Source: a virus (lineage: Duplodnaviria; Caudoviricetes). Taken from it: 52,578 nucleotides of DNA. The stretch covers positions 1-52,578 of the IMG/VR virus record IMGVR_UViG_3300022918_000015; one strand, written 5' to 3'. Under the pieces are notes generated by a model that did no database searches, was not told the origin of the DNA, and worked only from the letters and a program-made list of their open reading frames with translations. Positions within the stretch are counted from its first letter, which is position 1, and each line of letters opens with the position of its first letter. Shown one piece after another: positions 10,601 to 19,748 of the stretch. The position numbers and the translations under genes were made by a program.

Positions 10601-12874
10601 TTAAAAAATGCTCCTAAAACAGAATCTAATCAAAAATTAATTGAAGCTAAAAACGAACAAATTAAAGTATTAAAAAAAGAAAGACAGAAAACTATAAAAG
10701 AAAGAACCAGAGATGAAGATGATTTCAGAGATAGTTATATTCATCCTGATTTTGATAAATTAAACGATAAAGAAAAGGAAGATTTAAGATTTATACATAA
10801 AAATCTAACTGATGCAGATAATAGATTATATACAATACCTGAAAAGAAATTAACTCAAGAACTTGAAGACGGAACAATAATTTATAATCTTCCGAAAGAT
10901 AGAATGAGTGGTATTGAAGCAACTTATAAAGCAGGAGGAATTATTGGTACATTTAAGTCTAAGTTTGAAGACTTATTAAGACCGCCAGCAGATGAAGATA
11001 GTGAAAATATAACTAACCAAGAATATGGTTCAGAAAGTAAATTCGGAACTAATGAATTGGATGGATATGGGAATGAAGTATTTTCAGTTCCTGTTTACTA
11101 TAGAAATGATTTAGAAAATGATGAATTACAATCCTATGATATTCCTAGCTTACTAGCAATGAATCACGATACCACTATCACTTATGAAGAAAACAAACTA
11201 GTTGAAGCAGATTTATTTGTTATTGCAGAAAGTTTAAGTTCTAAAAACAATGACAAAATACTTAAAACAGATAGCTTTATTAACAGAAAAATACAAAACG
11301 CTGTTGGAAATAACTTTCAAAAATCTGATCAAAACTTAGTTTATCAAGCTGTAAAATCAAGTATAGATAACAGACTGTATAAACGTGCTTATAATGGAGT
11401 TTATTCAAAACAAAACTACCAGTTAATTAAAGGAGCTGAAGCAGTAAGTAAATATGCAAGTACTCTAGTTCTAGCTGGAAACTTTATGTCTGCTTTGTCT
11501 ACATTTACTCAAGGTAGTATTTATAGATTATTAGAGGCAAGTGTTGGAGAACATTTTACAATTACTGATTGGCAAAATGGAACTAAAAAAGCTTGGTTAG
11601 ATTTTCCAAACATGTTAAAAGATTCTCAAAAATATACTCCCGAAAGCAAAAGTGCATTATTGATTAAGAAATTTGGACTTGAAACACAATCACATGCTTT
11701 GACTAATAAATTTGTTCAGGATAATTTTGTAAAAAAACAATTAGACTCAGGTACTTTATTTTCAGTTACAAGTATGGCAGAAGCGGTTGTTACAAGTAAC
11801 TTGATGTACTCATTATTAAGCAACGTAAAGGTCACAAATGATAAAGGCGAATATATTAATCAAGAGGGAGAGAAAGTGTCTAAAAACGATGCTATGAGCC
11901 TTGACGAAGCATATACCGTAGTAGATGGTAAACTTGAATTAAATAAATTTGTAAAATACACAAGTTTTAATATTACAAGCAAATATAATGACGGTCAAAA
12001 TAAAGATAATACAATTGCAGCTACTGAGATATCAAGATACATAAGAAGCGTCTATGCTGATTTATATGGTCAATATAATCAAGATATGAAATCTGTTATG
12101 CAAAGAAATATTGCCGGTAAATTAATAATGAGTTTGAGGGGATGGTTGCCAAGAGGGGTTAACAGACGTTGGAGAGGTATTACGGATGCTATTGGTAAAG
12201 ATTTCATGAGTTTTGATGAATTAAGAGATGAAGCTAATATAGATAAAAGATTTTATTCTCAAGATCAAAAACAATTTCAAGAAGGACATTATACTACTAC
12301 TATTAGATTTATAAAGAGTTTAAGAAAACTAATGAAACAAAATCAAGAAGGATTATCTGCAAATAGAAAAACCTTAAGAGAATCTATGACAGATCATGAA
12401 ATAGCTAACTTAAAACGTACTCAGTACGAAATGGCTACGATGTTAATAATGATGGCTATGGCTATGTTGCTACGCACTATAGCAATGAGTTCTGAAGGAG
12501 ATGACAAGGATAAAGAAAAAATATATTTTGCAGCTTATTTAGCTTATAGAGTCCAAACAGAATTATCTACGTTTATATCACCTCCTGCTATGATGGAAAT
12601 GTTAACTAATCCAGCAGCAAGTATAAGTGTAGTGCAAAGAGTATTTGATTGGATGTGGCAATTAACTGGAGTAGCTTATTCTAAAGAAGAAGGTTGGGGA
12701 GTTAACATAAATGATGTTTATGATAAAGGAGATAAACAAGATGAAAGCAAAGCTTTACTTAAATCATATGGATTAGTTCCCTTTTATGTTAAAACAAACC
12801 AAATGAAAAGTATTCTAGGATTAGAAAGTAAAAATCCGATATCAGATTCATTTCAATACTCAATAAGTAAATAA
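7637..12874 (+). CDS. Large virion/ejection protein with zincin-like HExxH domain and PD-(D/E)xK nuclease domain
   Basis: 1745 aa; VIHEFGH (nt 8111-8125) with downstream KEVLA; IIHNALE...EQ...GTADLI...IYDFKT...QLLSY; hydrophobic helix near the C-terminus; TAATG coupling to the RNAP gene. Confidence 0.8.
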   Translation: MAGTCVNKSSAEFIALKEQTGIDEVLLAANVSIWQDENGIDKFPTEEELNSFSTEDEILFNQYTSTEDAIQKFYSTKSDNNTLSRKLNLNLSDRSEDSINITERKIEILKQSLNAEVLIDASIPDSGQLLPANHPLSKRYGKPVIVINPNKLFSDTVIHEFGHLYIDLLKEDDGVLNQAYGLLRNTEFYSNIAAEYPELSLVDLDKEVLATAIGIEGDRIFNRDLQDLSNWQKLKNWILNKLSSIFSVQPNAIEKLATELLSNQVRVSGVENYNTIITQRSKYKIDSASSNKQQDVLDLFKKLTKDFTKQTVDNENIYIDKEGNIHNNSVTKNIKQYQRRFNSKDKGDYEMVFDRTLFNVDNIEFQLNQPRVPMALTRALNDFMNERIVSISFTKDVSDKNWYDAYTREIIEDATGEVDEVQQMEANLLSSQTGGAITFKANILKHLDLILNRAEEYQLSANQRPIVGQIIHNALENYINEETPFPSNISDEDNALLNSIKNIIDTGIANGSRFVTEQILYSENKQIPGTADLIEITKSGEAIIYDFKTVNSFSGKDKGNEYEKKPQSLYFDKGYIHQLLSYGAILNQYDINLADDPYHILMAEVKYSNIEDLDSTITIGEVRNTSMSSKELLPLLNSAKTAIFNEFATSSELEHINIKPDIQNLNDLSEKINSVISIYKRRTRNIASNLDTRDIDQIQKDLIKNQDIEADINKYIAKNNEVIINSYVDNLYNSLSILEQQKEYIGEVPTPEFLQSLNYVLQSTEALEDIKKILSENIPFEDKDKLLKTINKTLKIVEENKKYYKQKLQRLSISQLTENSNLMQGLYAEKYQREAKKLGKKTKEEITLYIEQELKKNETIIKVKEIQYWTKQYEDGFADLRFLEYLIADPGMSKSQFVQLTKNILDKADQSTRNKMMDVIPDIANWYNNISYEKTGDPRKVWDRFLEKNAKNDNKPTGAVIPEFTSKFREMFLQYSYQLKALYRELNKLKNAPKTESNQKLIEAKNEQIKVLKKERQKTIKERTRDEDDFRDSYIHPDFDKLNDKEKEDLRFIHKNLTDADNRLYTIPEKKLTQELEDGTIIYNLPKDRMSGIEATYKAGGIIGTFKSKFEDLLRPPADEDSENITNQEYGSESKFGTNELDGYGNEVFSVPVYYRNDLENDELQSYDIPSLLAMNHDTTITYEENKLVEADLFVIAESLSSKNNDKILKTDSFINRKIQNAVGNNFQKSDQNLVYQAVKSSIDNRLYKRAYNGVYSKQNYQLIKGAEAVSKYASTLVLAGNFMSALSTFTQGSIYRLLEASVGEHFTITDWQNGTKKAWLDFPNMLKDSQKYTPESKSALLIKKFGLETQSHALTNKFVQDNFVKKQLDSGTLFSVTSMAEAVVTSNLMYSLLSNVKVTNDKGEYINQEGEKVSKNDAMSLDEAYTVVDGKLELNKFVKYTSFNITSKYNDGQNKDNTIAATEISRYIRSVYADLYGQYNQDMKSVMQRNIAGKLIMSLRGWLPRGVNRRWRGITDAIGKDFMSFDELRDEANIDKRFYSQDQKQFQEGHYTTTIRFIKSLRKLMKQNQEGLSANRKTLRESMTDHEIANLKRTQYEMATMLIMMAMAMLLRTIAMSSEGDDKDKEKIYFAAYLAYRVQTELSTFISPPAMMEMLTNPAASISVVQRVFDWMWQLTGVAYSKEEGWGVNINDVYDKGDKQDESKALLKSYGLVPFYVKTNQMKSILGLESKNPISDSFQYSISK

Positions 12875-12905
12875 CCAATTAAAGTAAAATTTTTTCAAAA
12901 ACAAT

Positions 12906-12937
12906 AAACCCTAAGAAGTTAATTCATCTTAGGGTTT
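12906..12937. terminator. Bidirectional intrinsic terminator between convergent gene blocks
   Basis: Perfect 11-bp inverted repeat AAACCCTAAGA / TCTTAGGGTTT, 10-nt loop, T-rich runs on both strands, located between the convergent stops at 12874 and 12942. Confidence 0.85.
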
Positions 12938-12941
12938 TTAT

Positions 12942-13145
12942 TTATTTTTCAATCATTGGATTTTCTGGAGTAATTATAAATCTCCCTTTTTCCCAATCAA
13001 AACCAGAATTAACTGATTTTACTGCCGTCATACCTCTTGGACCCATTGATGGTTTGTTGTTTAAAATTGTTACATCTTCATCTTCTCCATCTTTAAGTCT
13101 AGATACTCTGGAATCTACCCTTTCTTTTAATTCTCTAAGTGTCAT
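12942..13145 (-). CDS. Hypothetical protein
   Basis: 67-aa ORF, last gene of the - strand block. Confidence 0.7.
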   Translation of the reverse strand: MTLRELKERVDSRVSRLKDGEDEDVTILNNKPSMGPRGMTAVKSVNSGFDWEKGRFIITPENPMIEK

Positions 13146-13158
13146 AATATATTATATT

Positions 13159-13236
13159 TTAATCTCTTGAAACGCACCAAATTATAAAGCAAACCATTGC
13201 AAAATATCCTAACACTAAAATTGTTCCATCTTCCAT
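13159..13236 (-). CDS. 25-aa membrane peptide (not in ORF track)
   Basis: MEDGTILVLGYFAMVCFIIWCVSRD; ATG overlaps the upstream stop (TAATG) and the ORF fills the gap. Confidence 0.5.
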   Translation of the reverse strand: MEDGTILVLGYFAMVCFIIWCVSRD

Positions 13237-13454
13237 TATTTCTGATTTTCTAAATTATTTAATATTGTATCTATTTTAAGTATTTTACTAGGATGTTTAG
13301 CCCCTTGGTTTTTCCATTTATCTTCTACTGTAGCCATTACTTTATTTATTTTAGTAATTTTACCTTGTTCTAATTCAGTACTAGATCCATAACTAGTAGC
13401 AATAATAACCACATTATCACCTACTCTTAATTCTTGTCCTAAAAAATCTTTCAT
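13236..13454 (-). CDS. Small KOW/SH3-like phage protein
   Basis: MKDFLGQELRVGDNVV start; resembles 15769-16020. Confidence 0.6.
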   Translation of the reverse strand: MKDFLGQELRVGDNVVIIATSYGSSTELEQGKITKINKVMATVEDKWKNQGAKHPSKILKIDTILNNLENQK

Positions 13455-13825
13455 TATTCTTTATAAATATATTTTTTAAATTCCTCTATTGTTACTTCTT
13501 GGTAATCTCTTGGCAAATTTTTACCAAATGATTGATTTTCAACTATATCTTCTTTACAAAAATATCCGTTAAACAATATATATTGATCATAATTCTTACT
13601 AGACCAGTAGTGGTCAAATTTTTTATTCAAAATTGGATGTAAAAAATCACCACCCTCTTCATTACCGGCTTTTATTCCCCATTTAGTAGACAGTATAAAT
13701 TCTTCTTTAATTTCATAATTACCAGAAACATCAATAAAATCTTCATCTTTTAAAGAATAAGAATTATCTAGTTTTTCTTGAAGTATTTTAACTAAATTTA
13801 TTAAATCCTTTTTTCTAACTTTCAT
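13454..13825 (-). CDS. Hypothetical protein, paralog family A
   Basis: N-terminus MKVRKKDLINL..LQEK; C-terminus YQEVTIEEFKKYIY. Confidence 0.7.
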   Translation of the reverse strand: MKVRKKDLINLVKILQEKLDNSYSLKDEDFIDVSGNYEIKEEFILSTKWGIKAGNEEGGDFLHPILNKKFDHYWSSKNYDQYILFNGYFCKEDIVENQSFGKNLPRDYQEVTIEEFKKYIYKE

Positions 13826-13836
13826 TTATTTTTATT

Positions 13837-14259
13837 TTAAAAAGGTAATTTCTTTATATAATCTTCATTATCCAAATAAGGTTGAACTATGTATTTTTCA
13901 AATTGCTCGTCTGTAATAATTTGATAATCATTTAAAAGATGTTCTTGACCTCCATTTATTCCCATTCCATATGAAGAATCTCTATACGGCTCCATTGTAT
14001 AATATTGATTATCAAAAAATTCATAACCTTTTTTAAAAACTATTTTATTATGTGTATTAGAATACCAATCTATTGAACTTAATAATTTTTGATTTTCCTT
14101 AGTAGCCAATATGCACCATCTTTCAGGAAGTTTAAATTCATCTTGAACTTCATTTAAATTAAAAGCATTTGATATGTCAATAACTTCGTCTTTATTTTCA
14201 TGTAATATATTGCTTAATGTAATTAATAAATTTTCTAAATCTTTTCTTTTAATCTTCAT
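13837..14259 (-). CDS. Hypothetical protein, paralog family A
   Basis: N-terminus MKIKRKDLENL; C-terminal YQIITDEQFEKYIV. Confidence 0.7.
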   Translation of the reverse strand: MKIKRKDLENLLITLSNILHENKDEVIDISNAFNLNEVQDEFKLPERWCILATKENQKLLSSIDWYSNTHNKIVFKKGYEFFDNQYYTMEPYRDSSYGMGINGGQEHLLNDYQIITDEQFEKYIVQPYLDNEDYIKKLPF

Positions 14260-14632
14260 CTTTATTTACTATATATTTTTCAAAATCTTCAAATGATAAT
14301 AATTCATAATTAGGATCTATATCATTATATCCAATATACTCATCTGAGCCACTCCTAATGTGTAAATGATGACTTGAGGCGAAATCGTGTTCCCAGTGAT
14401 GATTAAAGAATTTTTTATGATTTTTCATAAATTTAAAAATCTCCAGCATTTCATATTCATCATAAGTTTTATTTAAATAATAATTTTTATTATAATCAAA
14501 TTCTTTTTTAAAATCTTCTTTTTTAATTAAAGAAATAGAACTAAAATCTAACTTATCTAAATCAGACATTTCATCGTATTTTTCTTGAAGAGTCTTTAAT
14601 ATTTTGCCTAAACTTTCTTTGTTTATATACAT
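14249..14632 (-). CDS. Hypothetical protein, paralog family A
   Basis: Start moved to MYINKESL (just after the ligase stop, aligns with paralogs); C-terminal YELLSFEDFEKYIV. Confidence 0.65.
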   Translation of the reverse strand: MYINKESLGKILKTLQEKYDEMSDLDKLDFSSISLIKKEDFKKEFDYNKNYYLNKTYDEYEMLEIFKFMKNHKKFFNHHWEHDFASSHHLHIRSGSDEYIGYNDIDPNYELLSFEDFEKYIVNKDED

Positions 14633-14633
14633 T

Positions 14634-15782
14634 TTAACGGTCTTCATGAATACCAACCATTACTGGAAATCTAGGAATACCAGTATTGCTTAATTCAAAA
14701 TACCTGATATTAGCTGTTTTTCCAATATATTGATCAGCATTTATTAATAATTCTTTTCTTGATTCATGTGACATTTTAGTTCCACATGCAAATTGTTTAC
14801 CACTCCACTCTACAACAGGTCTTCCCCATTCTGGTCTTTTTTCGGCAGGTCCAATAGAAATTATTTTACAATCAATATCTAAAAAATCTTTATATTTTAA
14901 TAAGTCAGAACTTCTTCCATTTACTTTATATAATCCAGAACCTCTACGAATCATAGTGCCTTCATAACCCATTGCAAGATAAGCTTCATGAGCTGATTTA
15001 AGCATGTTTTCTGACGTTATCTGATAATCCTTAATAAACTCTAAAGATTCTAATTTTAAGCCCTTAGAAAGCCCTGAAATGTATTGTAAACCTAATCTAC
15101 GATTTTCCCACATTTCTCCAGGATTAATTTTATCGTAAATATTAAATTGAATACGTTCTGTAAGTCCTTTTCTATATTTTTTAATAAACTCCATATTAGT
15201 TTGAAAATCTTCACCATGAACATATAGTTCTCCATCTAAAATATGAGGGAAAGTTTTATTATTTAAATATGGAATTAATCTCATTAAATCAATTTCGATA
15301 TGCATCATATTTGAGATTATTTTGCCGTCACGAGATACCAATTTAATTTCAGGAACTCCATAATTATTAATTGTAATATGAGCAAGACATCTCATTCCGT
15401 CTAATTTAGGCTGAACAAATAATTGACAATTAAATATATCGTCATAATCTAATTTATGTTTTTCATCTTTATAAGATTTAGCTAACATAGGTAATATTAC
15501 TTCTTCAGTTTCAGCTTCTTCAATAGTTTCAAAATAACCTTTAGTTAATTTATCTTTTATTAAAGCTTCAAGTTCAATAATAGATTGTTGAGCCAGACTA
15601 GTTTCGTTTTTCTTACCTATATTTTTTTGTTTACAAATCTTAGTATGAATTATTGGATTTTTACTTTCAACTATACCGGAAGTTTGAGTTAATATTCCGT
15701 CTTCAGGAAAATTACTTTCTACTTTTAAAAATCTAATTTTTCCCTTTGTATCTTTTTTATAAATTGTTTTACTGTAACTCAT
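14634..15782 (-). CDS. lig: ATP-dependent DNA ligase
   Basis: PMLA, QPKLDGMR (motif I), LDGELY, EGTMIR, LLKYK and PRFP motifs. Confidence 0.93.
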   Translation of the reverse strand: MSYSKTIYKKDTKGKIRFLKVESNFPEDGILTQTSGIVESKNPIIHTKICKQKNIGKKNETSLAQQSIIELEALIKDKLTKGYFETIEEAETEEVILPMLAKSYKDEKHKLDYDDIFNCQLFVQPKLDGMRCLAHITINNYGVPEIKLVSRDGKIISNMMHIEIDLMRLIPYLNNKTFPHILDGELYVHGEDFQTNMEFIKKYRKGLTERIQFNIYDKINPGEMWENRRLGLQYISGLSKGLKLESLEFIKDYQITSENMLKSAHEAYLAMGYEGTMIRRGSGLYKVNGRSSDLLKYKDFLDIDCKIISIGPAEKRPEWGRPVVEWSGKQFACGTKMSHESRKELLINADQYIGKTANIRYFELSNTGIPRFPVMVGIHEDR

Positions 15783-16020
15783 ATTTTTTTTCCATTTCTT
15801 TTGTTGGTATAATTTTCATAAACATAGATACTGATTTTGATCCTTCATATTTATAATTAGGAGTAATCAGATCTTTTGGTTTATGGTAATTTAATTGAAC
15901 TTTTGGGCTGCCTGTTTTATTAAAAGATTTAATAATACCAACTTTCATTTCAGCATGACCTGTTACAAACGCAACCCAATCTCCAATATTTACTTCTTGA
16001 TTTAATCTATCTTTTGTCAT
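15769..16020 (-). CDS. Small KOW/SH3-like phage protein
   Basis: KDRLNQEVNIGDWVAF; coupled to neighbours. Confidence 0.6.
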   Translation of the reverse strand: MTKDRLNQEVNIGDWVAFVTGHAEMKVGIIKSFNKTGSPKVQLNYHKPKDLITPNYKYEGSKSVSMFMKIIPTKEMEKKYELQ

Positions 16021-16376
16021 TTTGCCATATTTAATTCTGAAGATAATATTGCATTCACAATAAAACTTTCGTTAATCTTCATTTTCGTTCGATGTAATAC
16101 TTTTGGAATATTTAAACATCTTTTGAAATACTCTTCGTTATTACTCATTTTAGCCATTTTAAGCATGTTTTTAGGAACTATTATGCCATTTCCACTAGAA
16201 TGTGTAATACAATAATAAACGCCTCTAAAACATATCCCTAAATGGCTAAATTTATCTCCTTCTCCAAAACAATTAGAGAAAAGAGATAATGTTAACCATC
16301 TGGGGAATTTCTGCTTTTTTTTACGATTAGGATTTTTCAGGTTCTCCATTTGATTCTTCTGCTTTCGGTTCTTCAA
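16017..16376 (-). CDS. Hypothetical protein (start uncertain, possibly 16349)
   Basis: ORF in tiled - strand array. Confidence 0.55.
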   Translation of the reverse strand: MKNRKQKNQMENLKNPNRKKKQKFPRWLTLSLFSNCFGEGDKFSHLGICFRGVYYCITHSSGNGIIVPKNMLKMAKMSNNEEYFKRCLNIPKVLHRTKMKINESFIVNAILSSELNMAK

Positions 16377-16593
16377 ATTGAGACATTACAAATTCTTTTA
16401 ATTCTTCTTTAGTTTGAAAAACATCGGTTGAATTAAGTTTTGTTGTTTGACTCTTTGAATTCTTTAAAGAATATGATACTTCAGCTTTATCTGTAATGTT
16501 TATATAAACATCCTGTACAGTATATTCTTCTATTTTGTTTAGAAACATACAAAATACTGTTGTTCCTTTTTTATGATAATCTACGTTTAACAT
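16327..16593 (-). CDS. Hypothetical phage protein
   Basis: 88 aa; VFQTKEELKE C-terminal motif common in small phage proteins. Confidence 0.65.
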   Translation of the reverse strand: MLNVDYHKKGTTVFCMFLNKIEEYTVQDVYINITDKAEVSYSLKNSKSQTTKLNSTDVFQTKEELKEFVMSQFEEPKAEESNGEPEKS

Positions 16594-17072
16594 GTTTCTA
16601 AAGTTATTTTTATTTCGTTAATATTTTCTTTTTTAAATAATTCAGTTATTTTATAATAATTAATATTTATTTTCTCTATTTTATGAAAAAAACTTAAATC
16701 GAAAAAAGTATTGTTTTGTTCTCTCCATCCATAAGTATTAACATTTGTTATATAAGAATAATCATAAAATTTGTTTTTTACAAACCAATCTTTTGTAATT
16801 TTAATATAGATTAATTCATGCAAAAAAATAAATTCTTCTCCATCATCATCGTTTTTCAAATGCCTACACTCAATATATGCTATATCATCTAAAAAATAAT
16901 GAAATTCTTTATCAATATGAAGATTTTTTACTTTTATTCCATTATTATAAATATTGTTTTTTCTTTCATAATATTGATATTTTCTAGACAAAGCTCTTTC
17001 GCTCGGAACATAATCGTTATTATTTCTAAACAAATTACTTCTTAATAAATCCTTCTTGTTATTGTATTTCAT
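16587..17072 (-). CDS. Hypothetical protein
   Basis: 161-aa tiled ORF. Confidence 0.65.
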   Translation of the reverse strand: MKYNNKKDLLRSNLFRNNNDYVPSERALSRKYQYYERKNNIYNNGIKVKNLHIDKEFHYFLDDIAYIECRHLKNDDDGEEFIFLHELIYIKITKDWFVKNKFYDYSYITNVNTYGWREQNNTFFDLSFFHKIEKININYYKITELFKKENINEIKITLETC

Positions 17073-17698
17073 TCAAAATAATTAATAAACATTTTATCTT
17101 TGTTATACTTAATTTTTTCTGATTTAACAGGTTTAGGTGACACTACAAATCCTTCTTTAACATTTTTGTCATTTGCAAGAATTACATCATACATATTTGT
17201 TTCAGCTTTATCGGATTTATATATATTAGCTACCATATAATCTTGTACATCTGGATGATTGAATAATTCTTCAGCTGACAATCCTGAATATTTAGCTACT
17301 TCTCTTTCGTGCTCTTCTTTATTATCAGATATTTTAAATAATCCACGAACAAACATAAGCTCTAGAATAGAATGTACAGGGCTATTTTCTTTTTTATTAA
17401 CCGTTCTAACAAGACTCTTCATCATCATTTCACCAACATCAGAATGTAACATTTCAGTATTTAAAGGAGTTAATCCTAAATTACCATCTTCAGTCAACAC
17501 AACAACTGTACTAAAACCAATATCATTGTTATTTACAGCAAATTCTCTAAAATAGCTAATAGTTTTTTCTGTTATACTCTTTAATTGTTTAGGCGATTTA
17601 GATTCTTTTATATCTACATCACTAAATTTATTTTTTAAAATCTCTTCAAAAACATTTACAGCTTTATTCTCTGCTTTATTATCATTATTTTTTGTCAT
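17069..17698 (-). CDS. Hypothetical protein
   Basis: 209-aa ORF with overlap coupling at both ends. Confidence 0.75.
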   Translation of the reverse strand: MTKNNDNKAENKAVNVFEEILKNKFSDVDIKESKSPKQLKSITEKTISYFREFAVNNNDIGFSTVVVLTEDGNLGLTPLNTEMLHSDVGEMMMKSLVRTVNKKENSPVHSILELMFVRGLFKISDNKEEHEREVAKYSGLSAEELFNHPDVQDYMVANIYKSDKAETNMYDVILANDKNVKEGFVVSPKPVKSEKIKYNKDKMFINYFE

Positions 17699-18111
17699 TA
17701 TTTCATATGTTTTATATGTTCAGCTATATCATCTATAGTTAAATTATTATTTTTATATTCTATTAATTTATCTATCAATTTAAAATCTATTTTATTGAAA
17801 TCTTTCTGAAGATCAATTTTTCTTTTATAAAACTCAGTTTCACCTATTATAGCGTAGGTTAGGTAATTAATATTGTTTGAATCTTTTATACAAAAGAAAT
17901 TGTATCTAACATTATCATCAGTAGAATATAATCTTTTCTCATTTTCTTTTATAAAAGGAATCCAATTATACACATTACATTCTAGAATAGATAATTTAGT
18001 AATTAAATCAAAATCAATAATACTTTGATCATTTATATTTTCAAGCTCTATGTATGAATTCTTTAATATAGAATTAATCATAGCTTGTCTAGTTTCTTTA
18101 TTTTCAGTCAT
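17698..18111 (-). CDS. Hypothetical protein
   Basis: 137-aa tiled ORF. Confidence 0.65.
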   Translation of the reverse strand: MTENKETRQAMINSILKNSYIELENINDQSIIDFDLITKLSILECNVYNWIPFIKENEKRLYSTDDNVRYNFFCIKDSNNINYLTYAIIGETEFYKRKIDLQKDFNKIDFKLIDKLIEYKNNNLTIDDIAEHIKHMK

Positions 18112-18397
18112 ATTTATTTATATATTCTTTTATTATTTCCTCCACTTCTAATCTTTGGTTATATATAAGACCTCCGGTAGCAGTATTTATTCTTTTTAGA
18201 AATGAAAAAATAATTACTAATTCTATAAAGTTTTTATTACCAGACTTATAAAACTTTAACAGTGACTCTGTTTTATTATAAAATAAAACTATTTCAGTTT
18301 TTTCATACCATCTTCTGTAGATAATGATTTGACTAGAATAATATTCATATGCCTCTTGAATTTCTTTAGGCAAATCTCTTAACATAATTAGTCCCAT
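18104..18397 (-). CDS. Hypothetical protein
   Basis: 97-aa tiled ORF. Confidence 0.6.
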   Translation of the reverse strand: MGLIMLRDLPKEIQEAYEYYSSQIIIYRRWYEKTEIVLFYNKTESLLKFYKSGNKNFIELVIIFSFLKRINTATGGLIYNQRLEVEEIIKEYINKYD

Positions 18398-18426
18398 TAA
18401 TTTCTATTTTTTCTTATAAATTTTGT

Positions 18427-18816
18427 TTACCACAACTGATTTTTGACTTTATAAGCATATAACACTTCTAAATCTGTTTTAATATCTTCTAAATTAGTTT
18501 CTTCACTAAATAGTTTACGTAATATCTCTAATTCATCATAAGTTAAAGCATCAGATTCCTCATAAATATCTTTAAATAATCCTCTTTTAATTCTTCTGGA
18601 GTTTTTGCCTTTTGATTTATAGTAAATATAATTGCAATTGCAAGCTATACGGTCTATTGCGTCCGCATCACGTAATGCAGCTGAATTGGGATTTTCTCTA
18701 GGATTAAAAACTGTATCTAGAATACTTAATATATCATAGATCTCAAGCCTTAATAAAAAGTTTACATTTATATGTCGATCTGATAATATTTTTTTTAATA
18801 ATTGTTTATTCGTCAT
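18427..18816 (-). CDS. Hypothetical protein
   Basis: 129-aa ORF. Confidence 0.65.
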   Translation of the reverse strand: MTNKQLLKKILSDRHINVNFLLRLEIYDILSILDTVFNPRENPNSAALRDADAIDRIACNCNYIYYKSKGKNSRRIKRGLFKDIYEESDALTYDELEILRKLFSEETNLEDIKTDLEVLYAYKVKNQLW

Positions 18817-18832
18817 TATTTATTATCTATTA

Positions 18833-18907
18833 AAATAATAAGAGAAGATTTCACATGTGCTGACACTTATTTCCGCAGACAACTAGTTAATTTCTTCTCT
18901 ATTATTT
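18833..18907. ncRNA. Stem-bracketed intergenic element (candidate structured RNA or processing site)
   Basis: AAATAAT-A-AGAGAAGA pairs with TCTTCTCT-ATTATTT around a 44-nt, relatively GC-rich core. Confidence 0.45.
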
Positions 18908-19337
18908 ATGCATTTTGTTTACCTTTAATCTTTATAAGATTTGTAACTTCATTTATAAATCCATCTATATTCTTGTCAGTCTGTCTATCGTACGAGATAG
19001 ATTCACACGCATACTTAACGATGCCAAGTTTTTTATTGAAGAATTTACAAAGATCATTCATTGACATTTTAATTGTTTTTCTATTACTAGAAAAAAGAAA
19101 AAAGCAAATATATCTTGGTATTATCAAACTTCTTTTTCTAGATGAACTAAGTAACTCTTTTTTAGAAACATTAAATTCATCACACACTTTATCTATTATT
19201 AAATCTTGATAAGATTTATTTATATCTAAATGAGCATTAAATACAATCTTAGAAACTAATGTTCTAAACTCTCTATTATTTATTAGTATTTCCGCCTGAT
19301 CTTCAGTTAGTTCAAAGTTATTATCTACAGTATTCAT
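18906..19337 (-). CDS. DnaA C-terminal (domain IV)-like HTH protein
   Basis: IIDKVCDEFNVSKKELLSSSRKRSLIIPRYICFFL matches the DnaA domain IV pattern; no AAA+ domain. Confidence 0.7.
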   Translation of the reverse strand: MNTVDNNFELTEDQAEILINNREFRTLVSKIVFNAHLDINKSYQDLIIDKVCDEFNVSKKELLSSSRKRSLIIPRYICFFLFSSNRKTIKMSMNDLCKFFNKKLGIVKYACESISYDRQTDKNIDGFINEVTNLIKIKGKQNA

Positions 19338-19343
19338 AATTAA

Positions 19344-19748
19344 TTATTTTAATTTATTTTCATTTTCAACTTCCTTTATCATTTCAAACAGATCTATTTG
19401 ATTGTTTAATTGTTTTGGTATTTCTACAAATTTAGTATACTCTTTTTTATTTTCTTCATTTTTACCTTCTAAATTCAATCTAGTTTTGTTGTAACATTCA
19501 AATACTTTAACCCAAGCGTCATATTCATTTAACTTTAATCTGTTTTGAAATGATGCTGGAATAGTTGTATTTATCCTCATGTAACTAACATCCTTGTATC
19601 TACTAGGCTTGTATTTTACGATATAGCATTTTTCAGTTTCGGAATCTACTTTTTGTATGCAAAAAGCAATATCTCTTTGAATACAAAATCTAGAATTATC
19701 TAAATCTGTATCTGTTGGAAAGTATTTCTTAGACTCTTTTTTAGCCAT
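19344..19748 (-). CDS. Hypothetical protein
   Basis: 134 aa; contains QIDLF, a possible beta-clamp-binding-type motif. Confidence 0.7.
   Translation of the reverse strand: MAKKESKKYFPTDTDLDNSRFCIQRDIAFCIQKVDSETEKCYIVKYKPSRYKDVSYMRINTTIPASFQNRLKLNEYDAWVKVFECYNKTRLNLEGKNEENKKEYTKFVEIPKQLNNQIDLFEMIKEVENENKLK

Noticed and set aside
19321-19329. DnaA-box-like TTATCTACA in the 5' end of the DnaA-like gene
   Set aside because: A single 8/9 match is expected by chance in AT-rich DNA; no cluster of boxes.
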